DNA of 52,673 nt from assembly GCA_022813965.1 (NCBI GenBank), contig JALDZS010000164.1, positions 1 to 52,673 on the forward strand, in the 5' to 3' direction. Below the pieces are notes generated by a model. It ran no database searches. It was not told the DNA's origin and worked only from the letters and a program-made list of their open reading frames with translations. Positions 23,701 to 35,119 of the stretch are shown here, one piece after another. How positions within the stretch are numbered: the stretch's first letter is position 1; each line of letters begins with the position of its first letter. The position numbers were made by a program, and so were the translations under genes. The DNA comes from Toensbergia leucococca (taxonomy: Eukaryota).

Positions 23701-25719
23701 TGGGGCTGATGCCGAGGTTTTGTGGTAGATTCCTCGCTATCTTCGGACCTCCTGTGGCCTTTGGCTTCCGTCGGCTTTTAGACACATTTGATGGAGCACG
23801 ATGAGAACGTTGGGGAGTATGTGGCCGATTGCCCTCGGCCTGAGCACGGCCTAGTTTGAGAGAGACAGATGCCTGAAGAGGCCGGAGCGGAGAACAGTCG
23901 TGAACTGAGATTTGGCTACCATGGAGGGGAGAGCTGGGAGCTTTTTCTAGTGCTGCAGCTTTCTTGGTCTGGATCGGGCTTTGGGCTGATTTTTGAGGCG
24001 CCGATATTTCAGTAGGACTGCGAGTAGCTTCAGAAAGTTCTCGAATAGTGGACGTTTCGCACACTGTGGTTGGAGGGCGAGTGGAGTCTAAGGAGACCGA
24101 GACTTGGTGAACACCAGACGTAATGCAAGGCAGAACTTCGGGCACGGGTGCTTCGATGGCTGTTGGCGGAGTTATGGTGGGCTGGTGAGTTATGGAGGCG
24201 TCGTAAGGATTAGATATAAAATGAGGTGCCTGAGTTAATGGTATCTCGTTGATCTTGGGTGAGAGGCGAGGTAGATCTCGAGGGATTGGAGCGCTAGCAT
24301 TCACGATTGATTTGAGTCCGAAGTTCAACGCTTGTATGGGCTTGGGCTTCCCAAACGCAAAGCCATCATTTGGGTCCTGATGGGAAGAAGCAGGCCTCGT
24401 AAACTGCGTTTTCCTTATCATATCTTGGGCTGGAATCTGGCGTAAATGTTGGGTCGCATCAGGAAGGGTTTCCTCGGTCATCTCGACAAGAGTTTCGTCT
24501 TGAAGAAGGTCCATGTCGTCCAATTGGGTGTCGGTCACATGGGTTCGATTACTATCTGGGTCGAATTGAGCAGACTCCTCGATATCCTCCACTGTAATGT
24601 GTTGGCTCTCCCATCGCTCAGTATGCATCGGCCGCCCACTGCCACTGGCATCGTAGCTTGTGATGGCGTGTACGGCAATATCCAACGGTATGGAATGACC
24701 AGATTTAGAGCCCATGAGGCCGCTTTGGCTACGATTTAGTCTGCAGGGCAATCGTTGAAGGCAAGGCAGGATATGTAGGAGACAATCAAAGGTATGGTAA
24801 AGTTGACTGTACCAGGCATAGTAAGACTGAGAGAGCTCGCGAAGATCAGCCAACGACTCTCAATCGTAGAGACTACAGAAGGGTGTTGAAATACCTGGGC
24901 AGATAGACAAAGGATTATTCCGAGCAGTATCAGGGTACCTACCTGGGGAAGATTTCTCGGTGCACAGTGGGGTCGATGACGGAAGCATAAAGGTGAAATC
25001 GGAGTGATATGGAATCAACCTCGGCGCTTGTCCCACTTGGGAGATGTATGAGGATGAAACAATGACCGATTTTGGTTGGCTATAGGTATGCAAAGAATAA
25101 CCTACGCCGTGATCCTCATGATTAGGTACTGTAATCTAGGAAGGACTTTGATTATCTCAGAAGGAATGGAATTTAGGGACCTACTTGGCATGGACATGGG
25201 AATTTTTCACTGGCCTTGGGCGAGGATTATCCTATCTCAACCTATCTTTAGAAAAGACCTCAGTCCTTGATGGTCGCCTTGCCGAAAGCATTTCGAAGCG
25301 CTTAGAGGCAGCACTCGCAGGAGTACTTCCACGAGGGCTGGACCACTGAATAGTAACTCCTAGATGCAAGGTTGAAGAGCACACCTCACGTTCTCGTTAC
25401 TGGCCGACACATCTTCGACGACATATTGCGCCGCTTCATGATATGGATTCACCAGACTGGTTCTCTGCTGTATGTTAGCAATGTTGAGTCTTTGCGCTGT
25501 CTATATTGTTATGCAAACTCTCGTCCTCCCTACCTGACCTGAGAAAGACAGTCCGGCCTGTTCACAGGAAGGTGGCGCAGAGAAGGAAGACATTTCACTT
25601 CTCACAAGTGATGCATCTTTGCCGACGTACAATGAGTATTGCAAGACACATGGTAGCTTAATCAGGTCATCATTCTCCTGGATGAGCAAGCGATGGTGAC
25701 TGCTACCTCTGAGAAACAT
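20711..25719 (-). CDS. Large multi-exon coiled-coil protein (>1300 aa); 5' exons uncertain
   Basis: Track ORFs 22832..24853, 21787..22869 and 20788..21618 are separated by short GT-AG introns. Terminal micro-exon 20751-20711 encodes DNKYIRRFSQEFE*. Long E/Q/K/L heptad region. The start at 25719 is tentative. Confidence 0.75.
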
Positions 25720-25884
25720 GCAACGCTACTCCAAAAAAAAAAGCGCGTCATCAAGACAGACACAATATCAAAGCGAACCATTCTGATCTTGAAGAGGCTT
25801 CCTCAATACCCAAACACTCTTGAAATAATGCTGGACAAAAAGTAGTCCGACCTGCGCATCTAGAGATAAAGCTCTCATTTTCCT

Positions 25885-26785
25885 TCAAGCCGTCTTATTC
25901 CACGTAGCACGTACACCTATCAGACTGCTTATGGTCCCTGCAAGACCAACTATACCATCATCTAGGCTTACCCATCCTAAAGTGGTGGTGGGAATGGTAA
26001 TATCGCAAACATCTGAGATGAGCTGTATATTTGTTGCCGTTCGTTCCCTTTGTCATTTGATCAGTTTATGCTGAAAGCAAGCCGTTCTAGTCTGGGACGC
26101 TACCTTTCAAGTTTCTTACTCTCCACTACTCCCTCACCATCTTTCTTATCAATTCCTTGCTCTTTCTGCCGTAGCTTCCACAGAGTATAGACGCCAGCGA
26201 CAATGTTGAAAGTTATCCCAGCTATCCAGGCCTTGATAGCTTCTTGCTGCAGTTTCTGTACCCCAGCAAGGGGCCGAATACCAGCGGAATCAAGCTGTCT
26301 CGGATAGTCAGATACACCACGCTATAATCTCCCACTGATCTAGATAAGGAGTAGATCTTACATAGGTGACGGCGTCGACGGTCAAGTAGATACCATAACC
26401 CAATTGCCTTCCAACAGCACAGTATTTCAGTACCGGGTCCATATTCTTGCTATCCGCTGCCGTGGCAGCCGCTTTGAAATGCTCGACATTCTTTCCTACT
26501 CTCAAGAGCTTTCGAGTCAAGCCAAATTGCTTCTTGATAGCCTCCCATGGTACAATAGTGGCAGTTGGACTATTGGTTCGGAAGAGGTACCAGGCATAGA
26601 AGCGAGAGAAGTATTGAAGGGTACGAATAAGCTTATCGCGACCGACTAGAGTTTTGACGGCAAGTGTCAGTGGATGTTTTTGTGTCTAAGGCATGTGAGA
26701 GGGGGTATCAATACGTACCAGTGGTAGCGATGAAGCGGAGGTAATGAGCGACCGAGGGATGGTAGACAAGGGCATCAGCAACCAT
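25885..26785 (-). CDS. PEX11: Peroxin Pex11 (PMP27)
   Basis: Spliced MVADALVYHPSVAHYLRFIATTVGRDKLIRTLQYFSRF...TRKLLRVGKNVEH...QLISDVCD...LDDGIVGLAGTISSLIGVRATWNKTA*. Confidence 0.95.
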
Positions 26786-28625
26786 TGTGAAGAAATTGAA
26801 AAGACGATAGAGATGAAGAGGAGAATTGCTCGTCGTCGATGTGATTGATGTCCTCAAATTCCATGTTGCATTGGAGTGAGACCTCGGACTGACGCAATTT
26901 CACGAGCCTCGGTAGAATAGAATATTCTGAATTTCCCGATGCGTTGGGGAAATGGGCTCACTCAGGTCACCGTAGAACTTCACCATCCCTCGATCTCTCT
27001 CTCGGTCATTGTGTGACGAATATTCTATCAGGGAACATCTACGACTACTCAAACTCGTACGAGCACGAGCGTTCGTACTGACAATCTATGTTAGAGCTAA
27101 TCTACCGAATAAGACTTTCTGATATGAGAAATAGACTCTCGGACCCATCCTGCTGCTTGAACCACATCGACTTGATATCTCTTTTCCTCATCTACGACTA
27201 CCTACCCAGTAGAGTATCCCTAATGACCATTGCAGACTTGCCATTCAGTTATCACCGCATCATCTCATCTCTTCCGCACCCTACCCCAACGCCCAACATT
27301 CAGACTTGACAACTCACATGTCATTCGTCAAGTTATGCATCAGTAAAATCCATTGACCTGATCAATAGATAGCCGCGTCTCTTAGTCCACTTGTTCTTGA
27401 ATGATGATCGATGAACATTTATCCTCATTCGTGATGTACTGAGGGATGAGGATGCAACCATAAGGTACTTGGTAATATTCTATGAATGAAGAGTGCTAAT
27501 CGCCACCAGGATTCTTCGTCTTTAGTATGAGACATGTCTTTGCTGCACCTCTACGTGAATCTAGTGATTCTGATGAACATTTATGAACCGAGACATCTCC
27601 TGTCATCTTCAATTTTCCCCAGGCAAAAAAAATGGCAAAGTCTAGGCAAGAGCGCAATTAGAAGAACAGGACAGAATGTTATGTGCAGATCCACCACAGC
27701 TCGCCAGAGAACTTCCAAGTCCCCCTGCTTGGCTCATTGCGTCTTGTTTCCGTTTCATATCAAGAGGGCGTCTCCATGTTCCGCTGAAAAGTATGGCTGC
27801 GTTCTGTCTTGCGTTGTGCCTTGCTGGCCTATGACTTTGAATTCTAAGATGGCGCCTCTACGCCCACGTCAGCCAGTCCACCACGCCACTTTCGAAGGAC
27901 ATCCCAAGCTACGTATCTTGTCACAGGTAGACTGGCTCTCGTTGTACCATTGACCAAGGTTGCAGCTCTGCTATTCTTATAGAGCCACACGACACTTATG
28001 CAAATGATTCTGGGCCCTGATCAACTCGGCTGCCATTGGTGAACACATACACTGGCACTGCGAGCGGGAATCTCTTTGTGCATCTGAAATTTTAGCTGAG
28101 ACTGGAGTTATTAGCAATCTGCGAAGATTTGAGAAGCCATGGATTCACGAGTGGACTACTAGAAAAGGAGACGTAGGAGGTAGCGTCGTTCAAGTTTTGG
28201 AACATCAGAAAAAGAAGCGAGTCTTCATGGAAATGGATTGCATGAGATGTAAGTCCTTGTGTTCTGGTACCTACAATATGGCAGTCAATGTGGGTCACGG
28301 CAACGTAACATGTCATCAACTCTATGGAGCCCCTGAGTGCCTGTGGTTGCTCTGTATTCAGATATGTCTACTTCTTCACGCTTCCATATGCCTAGTTCTC
28401 CACCCTTTCCCACCAAGGGACGCGATCAACACGTCGCGTTGTCAACGATTAATTAAAAGCTGCAGTAGGATGTGAATGACACGATCATGCTTAATTCAAA
28501 ATGATTTTGATACTTCTCATCGACTTGTCCTACATACTGTCAACTGCACAGACATGCAACAAGGTTGAATGAGCGAATGAGCACTTCATTTGACATCTGA
28601 ATTAGACGTCTAGGTCAGAGACGAC

Positions 28626-30277
28626 ATGGATTCACAAATGGATCCTGCAGATAAGATGGCCATCGCCAAACAGCTCTGTACTATTAGTCACATCGTTTCA
28701 AGCAAAAACCCATCGCGGAAGGAAATGTATGAAGCAGCTAGGAAATTGACCTTGGCTTTGGAGTCACCAGAAGAAACCATGCATCGTATCGCTTACTTGG
28801 TACCTGTCTCCTTTCAACACCCCTATTCTCAGTCTAGCTCAACCAATGCTGATCTTAATTGTGCCTTGCTAGCCTCTCCAATTGACCATTGCCCGCATAG
28901 CTGGCCAGTTAGGCCTATTTGAAATCCTTGTCAATAGTGATGTGCCCTCTATGACTACTAAGGAGTTGGCAAAACTAACGAAAACGGACGAAACCCTTTT
29001 AAGTAAGTCCCCAAAAGCAGTTTTCTGCCGACCTGAACTCCCTGATATGTTCAATTGCTTATGTTTACTCGCTTCACTAGAACGTATTCTGCGTTATCTT
29101 TCGTCTGTCGACATGATCAAGGAAGCGGACGAGGATGTGTATTCTCCTTCCAGCATCACGAAAACCCTTAGCAGAGCAGGGCCCATGGCGGGAATTCAGT
29201 ACAAGTATCGTCTTTCAGCTTTTCATTCACGGCGTTATCCATACTAATCAATATCAAGTTTTGACATCGTGATGCCTTGCTGTAAGAGTCTCCCTCACTT
29301 GTTGGAAAGCACGCAATTTCAAAATCCCATGGAAAGCGTCATCTGTCCGTCAAATCTTGGTCGCCAAACGGAGATAATCCCCCATGACTGGCTTGGTGAT
29401 CAACTTGAGCAACTTGAAGACTTCGAAAACTTAAATAAGTGGATGGAGGTACTACGAGAAGGACATGGAACCTGGCTTGACGTCTATCCGTTTCAAGATA
29501 TTCATTGTCGGGATCTTATTCTAGACACCTTGCTTTTCGTTGATATTAGCGGAGGGCCTGGTACGCAATGCCGAGAGTTGAGAAACAAACTTCCCAGCCC
29601 CCTGGGAAAGATTATTTTACAAGCTTCGACCCGATCACGCGAGCAAGCTCTGGAACTTTCCAGAGATGGCGTGGAGCTGATGATTCATGATTTCTTGAAG
29701 CCGCAACCGATCAAAGGTATGTAGCTCAATTTTAACGCTCCAACTTTGACTATCCTGCATATAGTTCTTCCGCTGGAATAATTAACAAATAAAAGGGGCG
29801 AGGGCATACTACCTCCGCAACATCCTACGTAGCCACACCGACTACAAGTGCGTCGATATCCTGAGCCAGATTATTCCCGCCATGACCCAAAGCTCTGTCA
29901 TCCTCATCGACGACGTCGTCCTTCCCAATCGCGGAACGCATCGGCGCGCAGCTCAGCAAGACATTACAATGATGTTAACTATGGCCGCCATGCAGAGGAC
30001 CGAAAAGGAGTGGCAAGCATTGATGCTGTTGGCCGGGTTGAGGATTGTGAAGATTTATGTCTATAATGGGGATGCGAGGGATGGTTTAATTGTGGCGGTG
30101 CCGATGGATGTCGAGATTGGGAAGGGGGGTGAAAAGGACGTAGTTGGGCGAGGTGGTGCGATGGCGGGAGGAGAGAAGAAACAATATGTCTGGCCGGGGC
30201 ACGGAAGTCGTGGTCAAAGTGCACGAGGGGAGAAGAAACAGCACATCTGGTTTTTTCACGATGAGGACAATCTCTAG
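28626..30277 (+). CDS. O-methyltransferase-fold protein (Methyltransf_2 with dimerisation wHTH), catalytic motifs atypical
   Basis: Five exons (introns about 28800-28872, 29003-29080, 29204-29258, 29717-29795) splice in frame. Motifs RILRYL, LFVDISGGPG, HDFLKPQPIKGARAYYLRNIL and RTEKEW. Confidence 0.9.
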
Positions 30278-30739
30278 GTCGAACTAAGCTAGCTAGCTAG
30301 ATTGTTGGATTTTGGTCTTCCAATCCAGTTGGTCCCCCAGCGCGCGCTTTTTCAAAATAGCTCCAGCGATTTCTCGAGTTTCGGACAGATACATAAGTTT
30401 CTCTAGTGGTGAAGGGGGTACGATGATAAATAGTCCAAATATGACTCTTTTCAAATCCGCGCGCCCCATTCGCAATGTCGTCAAAATCTCATACTCCCTT
30501 TCCCTTCAAATCCAAGCGTGTATTTGACACCGCTTCTGTGTCCATTATTCTCCTATTCTCCATTGTTGCGGAATTCTTCTGGATCGGAGTTTCATTCTTC
30601 TTTTTTTCTTTTCCCTTCTTTCTTCTTGTAGATGTCATATTTGGGGTTGGTCGCTTTGATACAACAGCTCACCTTTCATCGTTCCCTCACCTCTCCCTTC
30701 ACCTCCTCAGCCTTTTCTTCCTTTTTGTCAGGCAGGTAG

Positions 30740-31290
30740 GTTCGGTATGGCGATGATAAACTAGCAGAGAAAGAAAATGTACTTGAGTAAGTACTGAATA
30801 TAACTGAAGAAAATAAAAGTGTAATAAAGTAATAATGATATGAGATTAGATTTAAGTAAAGAGCTCTGATGCTTTGAGTAAAGACTTTATTCTCAATAGT
30901 GACTTAAGGATGCTACAGTAAATTAGTCACTTATTATCATGTCATAAAGAGTGAGTGTTAAATATGCATCATAAATCAAGAACATCTATTCTTAAACATG
31001 TGTAGTCTAAAGAGATGATTATTTGTATCTAATTAAAAGAAAAGATTTTGCTTTTAGCCTGATGTTTTTTGATCTGAGAAGATGCAATGAAAGTGAGATA
31101 CTGATGATCACAAGCTTATAGTAAGACTTTATGTCTTCAGGTGAGTTTGAATAGAGTTGTGACAGAATGTGAGTGAAAGCTTTCTGATGATAGTGATTTG
31201 GTTGTTGTTTGTCAATTGTGATCAACGTAGTGACAAGTTTTGAATTAAAGGTATGAATTAAAGGTCTTGAGATCTTTGGATGTATCACTC
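30740..31290. repeat. AT-rich, CpG-depleted relic (probably RIP- or methylation-mutated repeat or TE remnant)
   Basis: Abrupt drop in GC, almost no CG dinucleotides, excess TG/CA/TA, no credible ORF. Confidence 0.5.
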
Positions 31291-31534
31291 ATTGAAGATT
31301 CATCATACAAGTTGGTAGCTACCGCTAAGGATTGAATGGCTTCAGGTACAGCTTCCATTAAATAGAGGGGTAAAACCCGAAAAAGACATTGGGAGAAATG
31401 GTGATGACGTCGAGGAGGTTCACTGGATGGTGTGACTTGCATTTGCTGAGTAATACACACATATTCTTTCTCCGCCATGTTTTCTCGATAGAGTAACAAA
31501 ATCCCGAAAAGAACAGTCCTGCCTCAGAACTATC

Positions 31535-32131
31535 ATGGAGTGCAAAAACATCCACAACGCCGAGGAGCTGATGAAATATGCCTGCACCCCAGGAGATTTT
31601 CAGGCTATGATTATGCCCTTCGGAAAACCAGTCCACATTGAAGTTCGATCCGTCGGTACCGTGGAATACCACAAGCACATCTCCATACTTCGAGCCCAAC
31701 TATTTATGTCTGGGCATAACAAATGGTTTGCCGAAGATGACATGGGCAGAAGAAAGGTTGTTGCAGCCAGCAGCCCAAGCCAGATACCCAAGGTTTCCCT
31801 CAGTCCAGCATTGAGAAGCGGCAAACTCTCAGACAGACGTCTGAGCGAGGAGAAAGATTATAGCTTCGTTTACATAGTACAGGGTCAGAACGCTGCCGAA
31901 CGTTCCAAAGCTGTTGTCTGTTCCACCCTGGAAGCTACCGGCTTCGGTATGCTTCACGAGGCCCTGAATGGCTTCTCGATTGTGTTCTCCGCAGTATTCT
32001 TGACATCAGAAATTCCTTTCAAAGGAACCGAAGGGACGCTCCATGGCTTCGCGAAAGTCGAGAGCATTGATGGGCTAGACGAAAACAAGAACAAGGACGG
32101 TGGCTGGAAACGCCCTCGAATTTTCTGCTAG
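31535..32131 (+). CDS. Hypothetical protein (198 aa)
   Basis: Intronless ORF with ATCATG start and globular-looking composition. No family recognised. Confidence 0.55.
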   Translation: MECKNIHNAEELMKYACTPGDFQAMIMPFGKPVHIEVRSVGTVEYHKHISILRAQLFMSGHNKWFAEDDMGRRKVVAASSPSQIPKVSLSPALRSGKLSDRRLSEEKDYSFVYIVQGQNAAERSKAVVCSTLEATGFGMLHEALNGFSIVFSAVFLTSEIPFKGTEGTLHGFAKVESIDGLDENKNKDGGWKRPRIFC

Positions 32132-34096
32132 ACCCCAAGCTAGCGCGATCGTGTGTATGTGAGAATTCTTTTCCATATGTCTGCGGCTTGTTAGACTGAC
32201 CTGAGTCTGCTAAGGCCAAAATTAAAGGCTTGAAGTCAACCTGGAGGCTGCGAAGGGCGCGCACGGGAGACAATCTAGGTTGGCACTTTCAGAAATTTCT
32301 AGCAAAGCAAATCCTAGGTGCTTCCTAGAATTTATTATGTGCTTCTCTTGCATGTTGCGGAGAATTGGTTTTAGGATGGCATATTGGCAGGCTTTCAATT
32401 TTGACGTCCATTGTTGCCTAATGCTGGTCGGGAGTGGCATTGGCTCCTTGTTTTGTTCTCATTGATCTATGCTCGCATAGGTGGAATTAATTCTAGAACC
32501 ATCTCCTAAATGACCGTGGTCAGTATCGTGTGCCATTCACATGACCAAATTCATGACTGGGAAATGAAGCACTGGCGTAAACCTCTCTCAATATTCATAG
32601 CTCCTGCAGATGAGCCATAGAAGACCACCATGTAGCCGGGTCTCAGCGAGTCGTCACATGTAGTAAATCACTTCTAAAGCACCGTTGGCTCCAGACAGAG
32701 CCAAGTAGTAACACTGACGACAGGTCACTTTCTCTGTTCAACGATCAAACAGCCCTAACTTTGCCAACTCAAATACGTGGAATGAAAATTGAGGTCTACC
32801 ACGGCGCGATGGCATGTAGCAGGCTAGGGTTAGAGAGACTACAATCACCCATGGATGCTTGAACCGAGATATTGACTGGAAAGTATTATCTTGGAAGCAC
32901 CAGATGTCCTTGCCAAGGTGGCGAATTCAGTGAAACGGTTTCGATCATAAAATGTTCATGCATTCTAAGAATTCCAGCATCAATATGTAATCAATGACAC
33001 AAGGAATCTCAAGCTTCTCCGGTCCTTACTCCGATCTCTTGATAGAAGAAGACGGACTTTGGAAACATTCAGGATGCTGCCTGATCGCTCGTAAAAATTA
33101 TTCTATGCCATGCGTCGTCACGGAAGCCAGGCAGAATTCAAAAAGGGTGTTCCGTTCCTTCAAAGTGGCCTTGATACCAGACAAAACAAACCGAAGTGAG
33201 ACAAACAGATCCCCCAGGAACACGAGCCAACGATGAACGTCGTATGTTCTGTCGCACCTATGATCGTCCCCAAATTACTCTTCAGTCTAGCACCATTATC
33301 GATAATTGATTCTACACAGAAAGACGGTTTGTAGTATGTGTTTATCATGTAGGGAAGGGACGCAATTGTGTGCTCGAATATTGTACTGGCTGACAGCCTC
33401 GGTGCTGTGGGCAGTAAAGGTCTTCGCGAGGCGATGAATGTATATTTCGTCGTCTTAATTCAGTGGCACCAGTGGCATTAAAAGTAAAGGCTTCTAATCA
33501 CAAAGCAGTTAATTAACAATTTAATATGCAAGAGAGCTGAGAGCTTCGCCGCTCTTAGCCAAATGCCGGAGGAGGAAAATGACCGACCGACCGTTGGAGT
33601 CTTCTCTTGAACATAGGCTTGATTGTGGTTGATCCATGAGGAGAAAGTTTGGCTCATCTCAGTGTGACACGCTCACCAACTTCTCGTCTCAGCTCTTAAT
33701 AGAAATCCGTGCAAAGTCTGATCCGTTGCTTGAAGATGGGCTGAACGATGCTGAATGTAGTTCCCATAGAACTCCCTAATCAGGCTACCGCATGAGATTC
33801 AAAGCAAGACTGATTGTACTTAGGTTCGTTTTTGATCCTAGAGGTTGCGCAACATGTGAAAGGCCCATTGTGACGAGTGTAAAATCAGTGCACCTTTCAC
33901 AAACTCCCAAATAACAAAGACATGGTCGAGATTGAAAACATCCATTTGGGTATCTCCCCAGTATTTATTAGAGTCGGACTGTACGGCGATACAAGTTTGA
34001 CAAATTCGGTCTCATCTCTGGTTTGGAGCATCGTAGGCCTCATCATTTTGGCAGTATAGACAGTGAATGCTCATCGCAGCATCGTGATTGATGACT

Positions 34097-34700
34097 CTAC
34101 TTCTTATCGTTCTTTTTGTTGCCGTATGAATGCCCGGTAATAGCTCCTATTATTGCGCCTCCCAGCGCACCGGCTCCAGGGCCGATGAGGACATCTCCAA
34201 TGAGACCGCCGCCCGCGGCACCTAATAGGCCTTTTGTCTTACTAGAGCTTTTCGTGTCAGCCGGTTCCTCGTGTTTATGGTGATGATGACGTCCGTGGTG
34301 ATGAGACCCTGTCGACTGGGCACTGCTTGGGCGGGAAGGTTGCAAAGGAGGACGTAGGTTCGGTGAAGACTGTGACGTGTACTGTATCGCAGATTAGTCG
34401 TGCATACAGGCAACAAGGCAATAGTCTCACCTGCGCGGGGTAAGCATGAGGCTGGTAATAGTGTTGACTAGGGTGGTGAGGACTGTTGTAGGCCTGGTTC
34501 CAAGGAGAAGAAGCTTGCGGCGGGTACTCAGGTCTTTGATATGGGGGCTGTGGCTGAGCTGGTGTTGGTGGATAATGGGGCCTTTGGGTGGGATATTGGG
34601 GTAGTTGTGATGGTGGTGGTGGCCTACTGCTGGGCTGCTGTGGCCCTTGCGGGTGTGGTGGGAAATTGGGACTGCCCTGGTAGTAATCTTGGGCCGCCAT
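34097..34700 (-). CDS. Pro/Gln/Tyr-rich protein with His tract and C-terminal glycine-zipper 2TM motif
   Basis: Exons 34700-34431 and 34369-34097 give MAAQDYYQG...HHHGRHHHHKH...GLLGAAGGGLIG...GALGGAIIGAITGH. TATA-like run at about 34755. Confidence 0.85.
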
Positions 34701-35119
34701 GAGGTAATTTGAAATTTGGAAGAATGAGAAATTGAGGGATGAAGGAAGCAGATAATATATATAATACTCGTACGAGTACCTAGCTTTGCTACAGGCCAGC
34801 TGAGGCAAATGCCATGGCATCATGTGAGCAAATCTCACGCGTGCTCATACCGGTGGTGCCGGTTAGCTTCATCTTCCACCGGGTCCCGTTTTTCGCCATC
34901 CGAGGTCGAGAAAGATCTGCAAGTAGAATACGGAGTAGGGTTGGTAGGGTGGTGGGATGAATCGGATCAATCACAGGGCTGAGGGCTGAACTCTATTCTA
35001 TCCTAAATCCATCCTCCATCGGGCTCTCGGCAACTAAAATTCGTCAGTTTTTCAGTCACCAAGGGTAGGCCAGAAAGAAACTACCTGGTGCTTTAATTCA
35101 AAGCATTGCCTCACTACCT

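Noticed and set aside
27088..28475. Short ORFs upstream of the OMT-fold gene
   Set aside because: No recognisable domains or consistent splice structure.
16864..30277. P450 plus OMT as a secondary-metabolite gene cluster
   Set aside because: They are about 10 kb apart and separated by bL33m, the coiled-coil gene and PEX11. There is no PKS, NRPS, terpene synthase, transporter or cluster transcription factor in the window.
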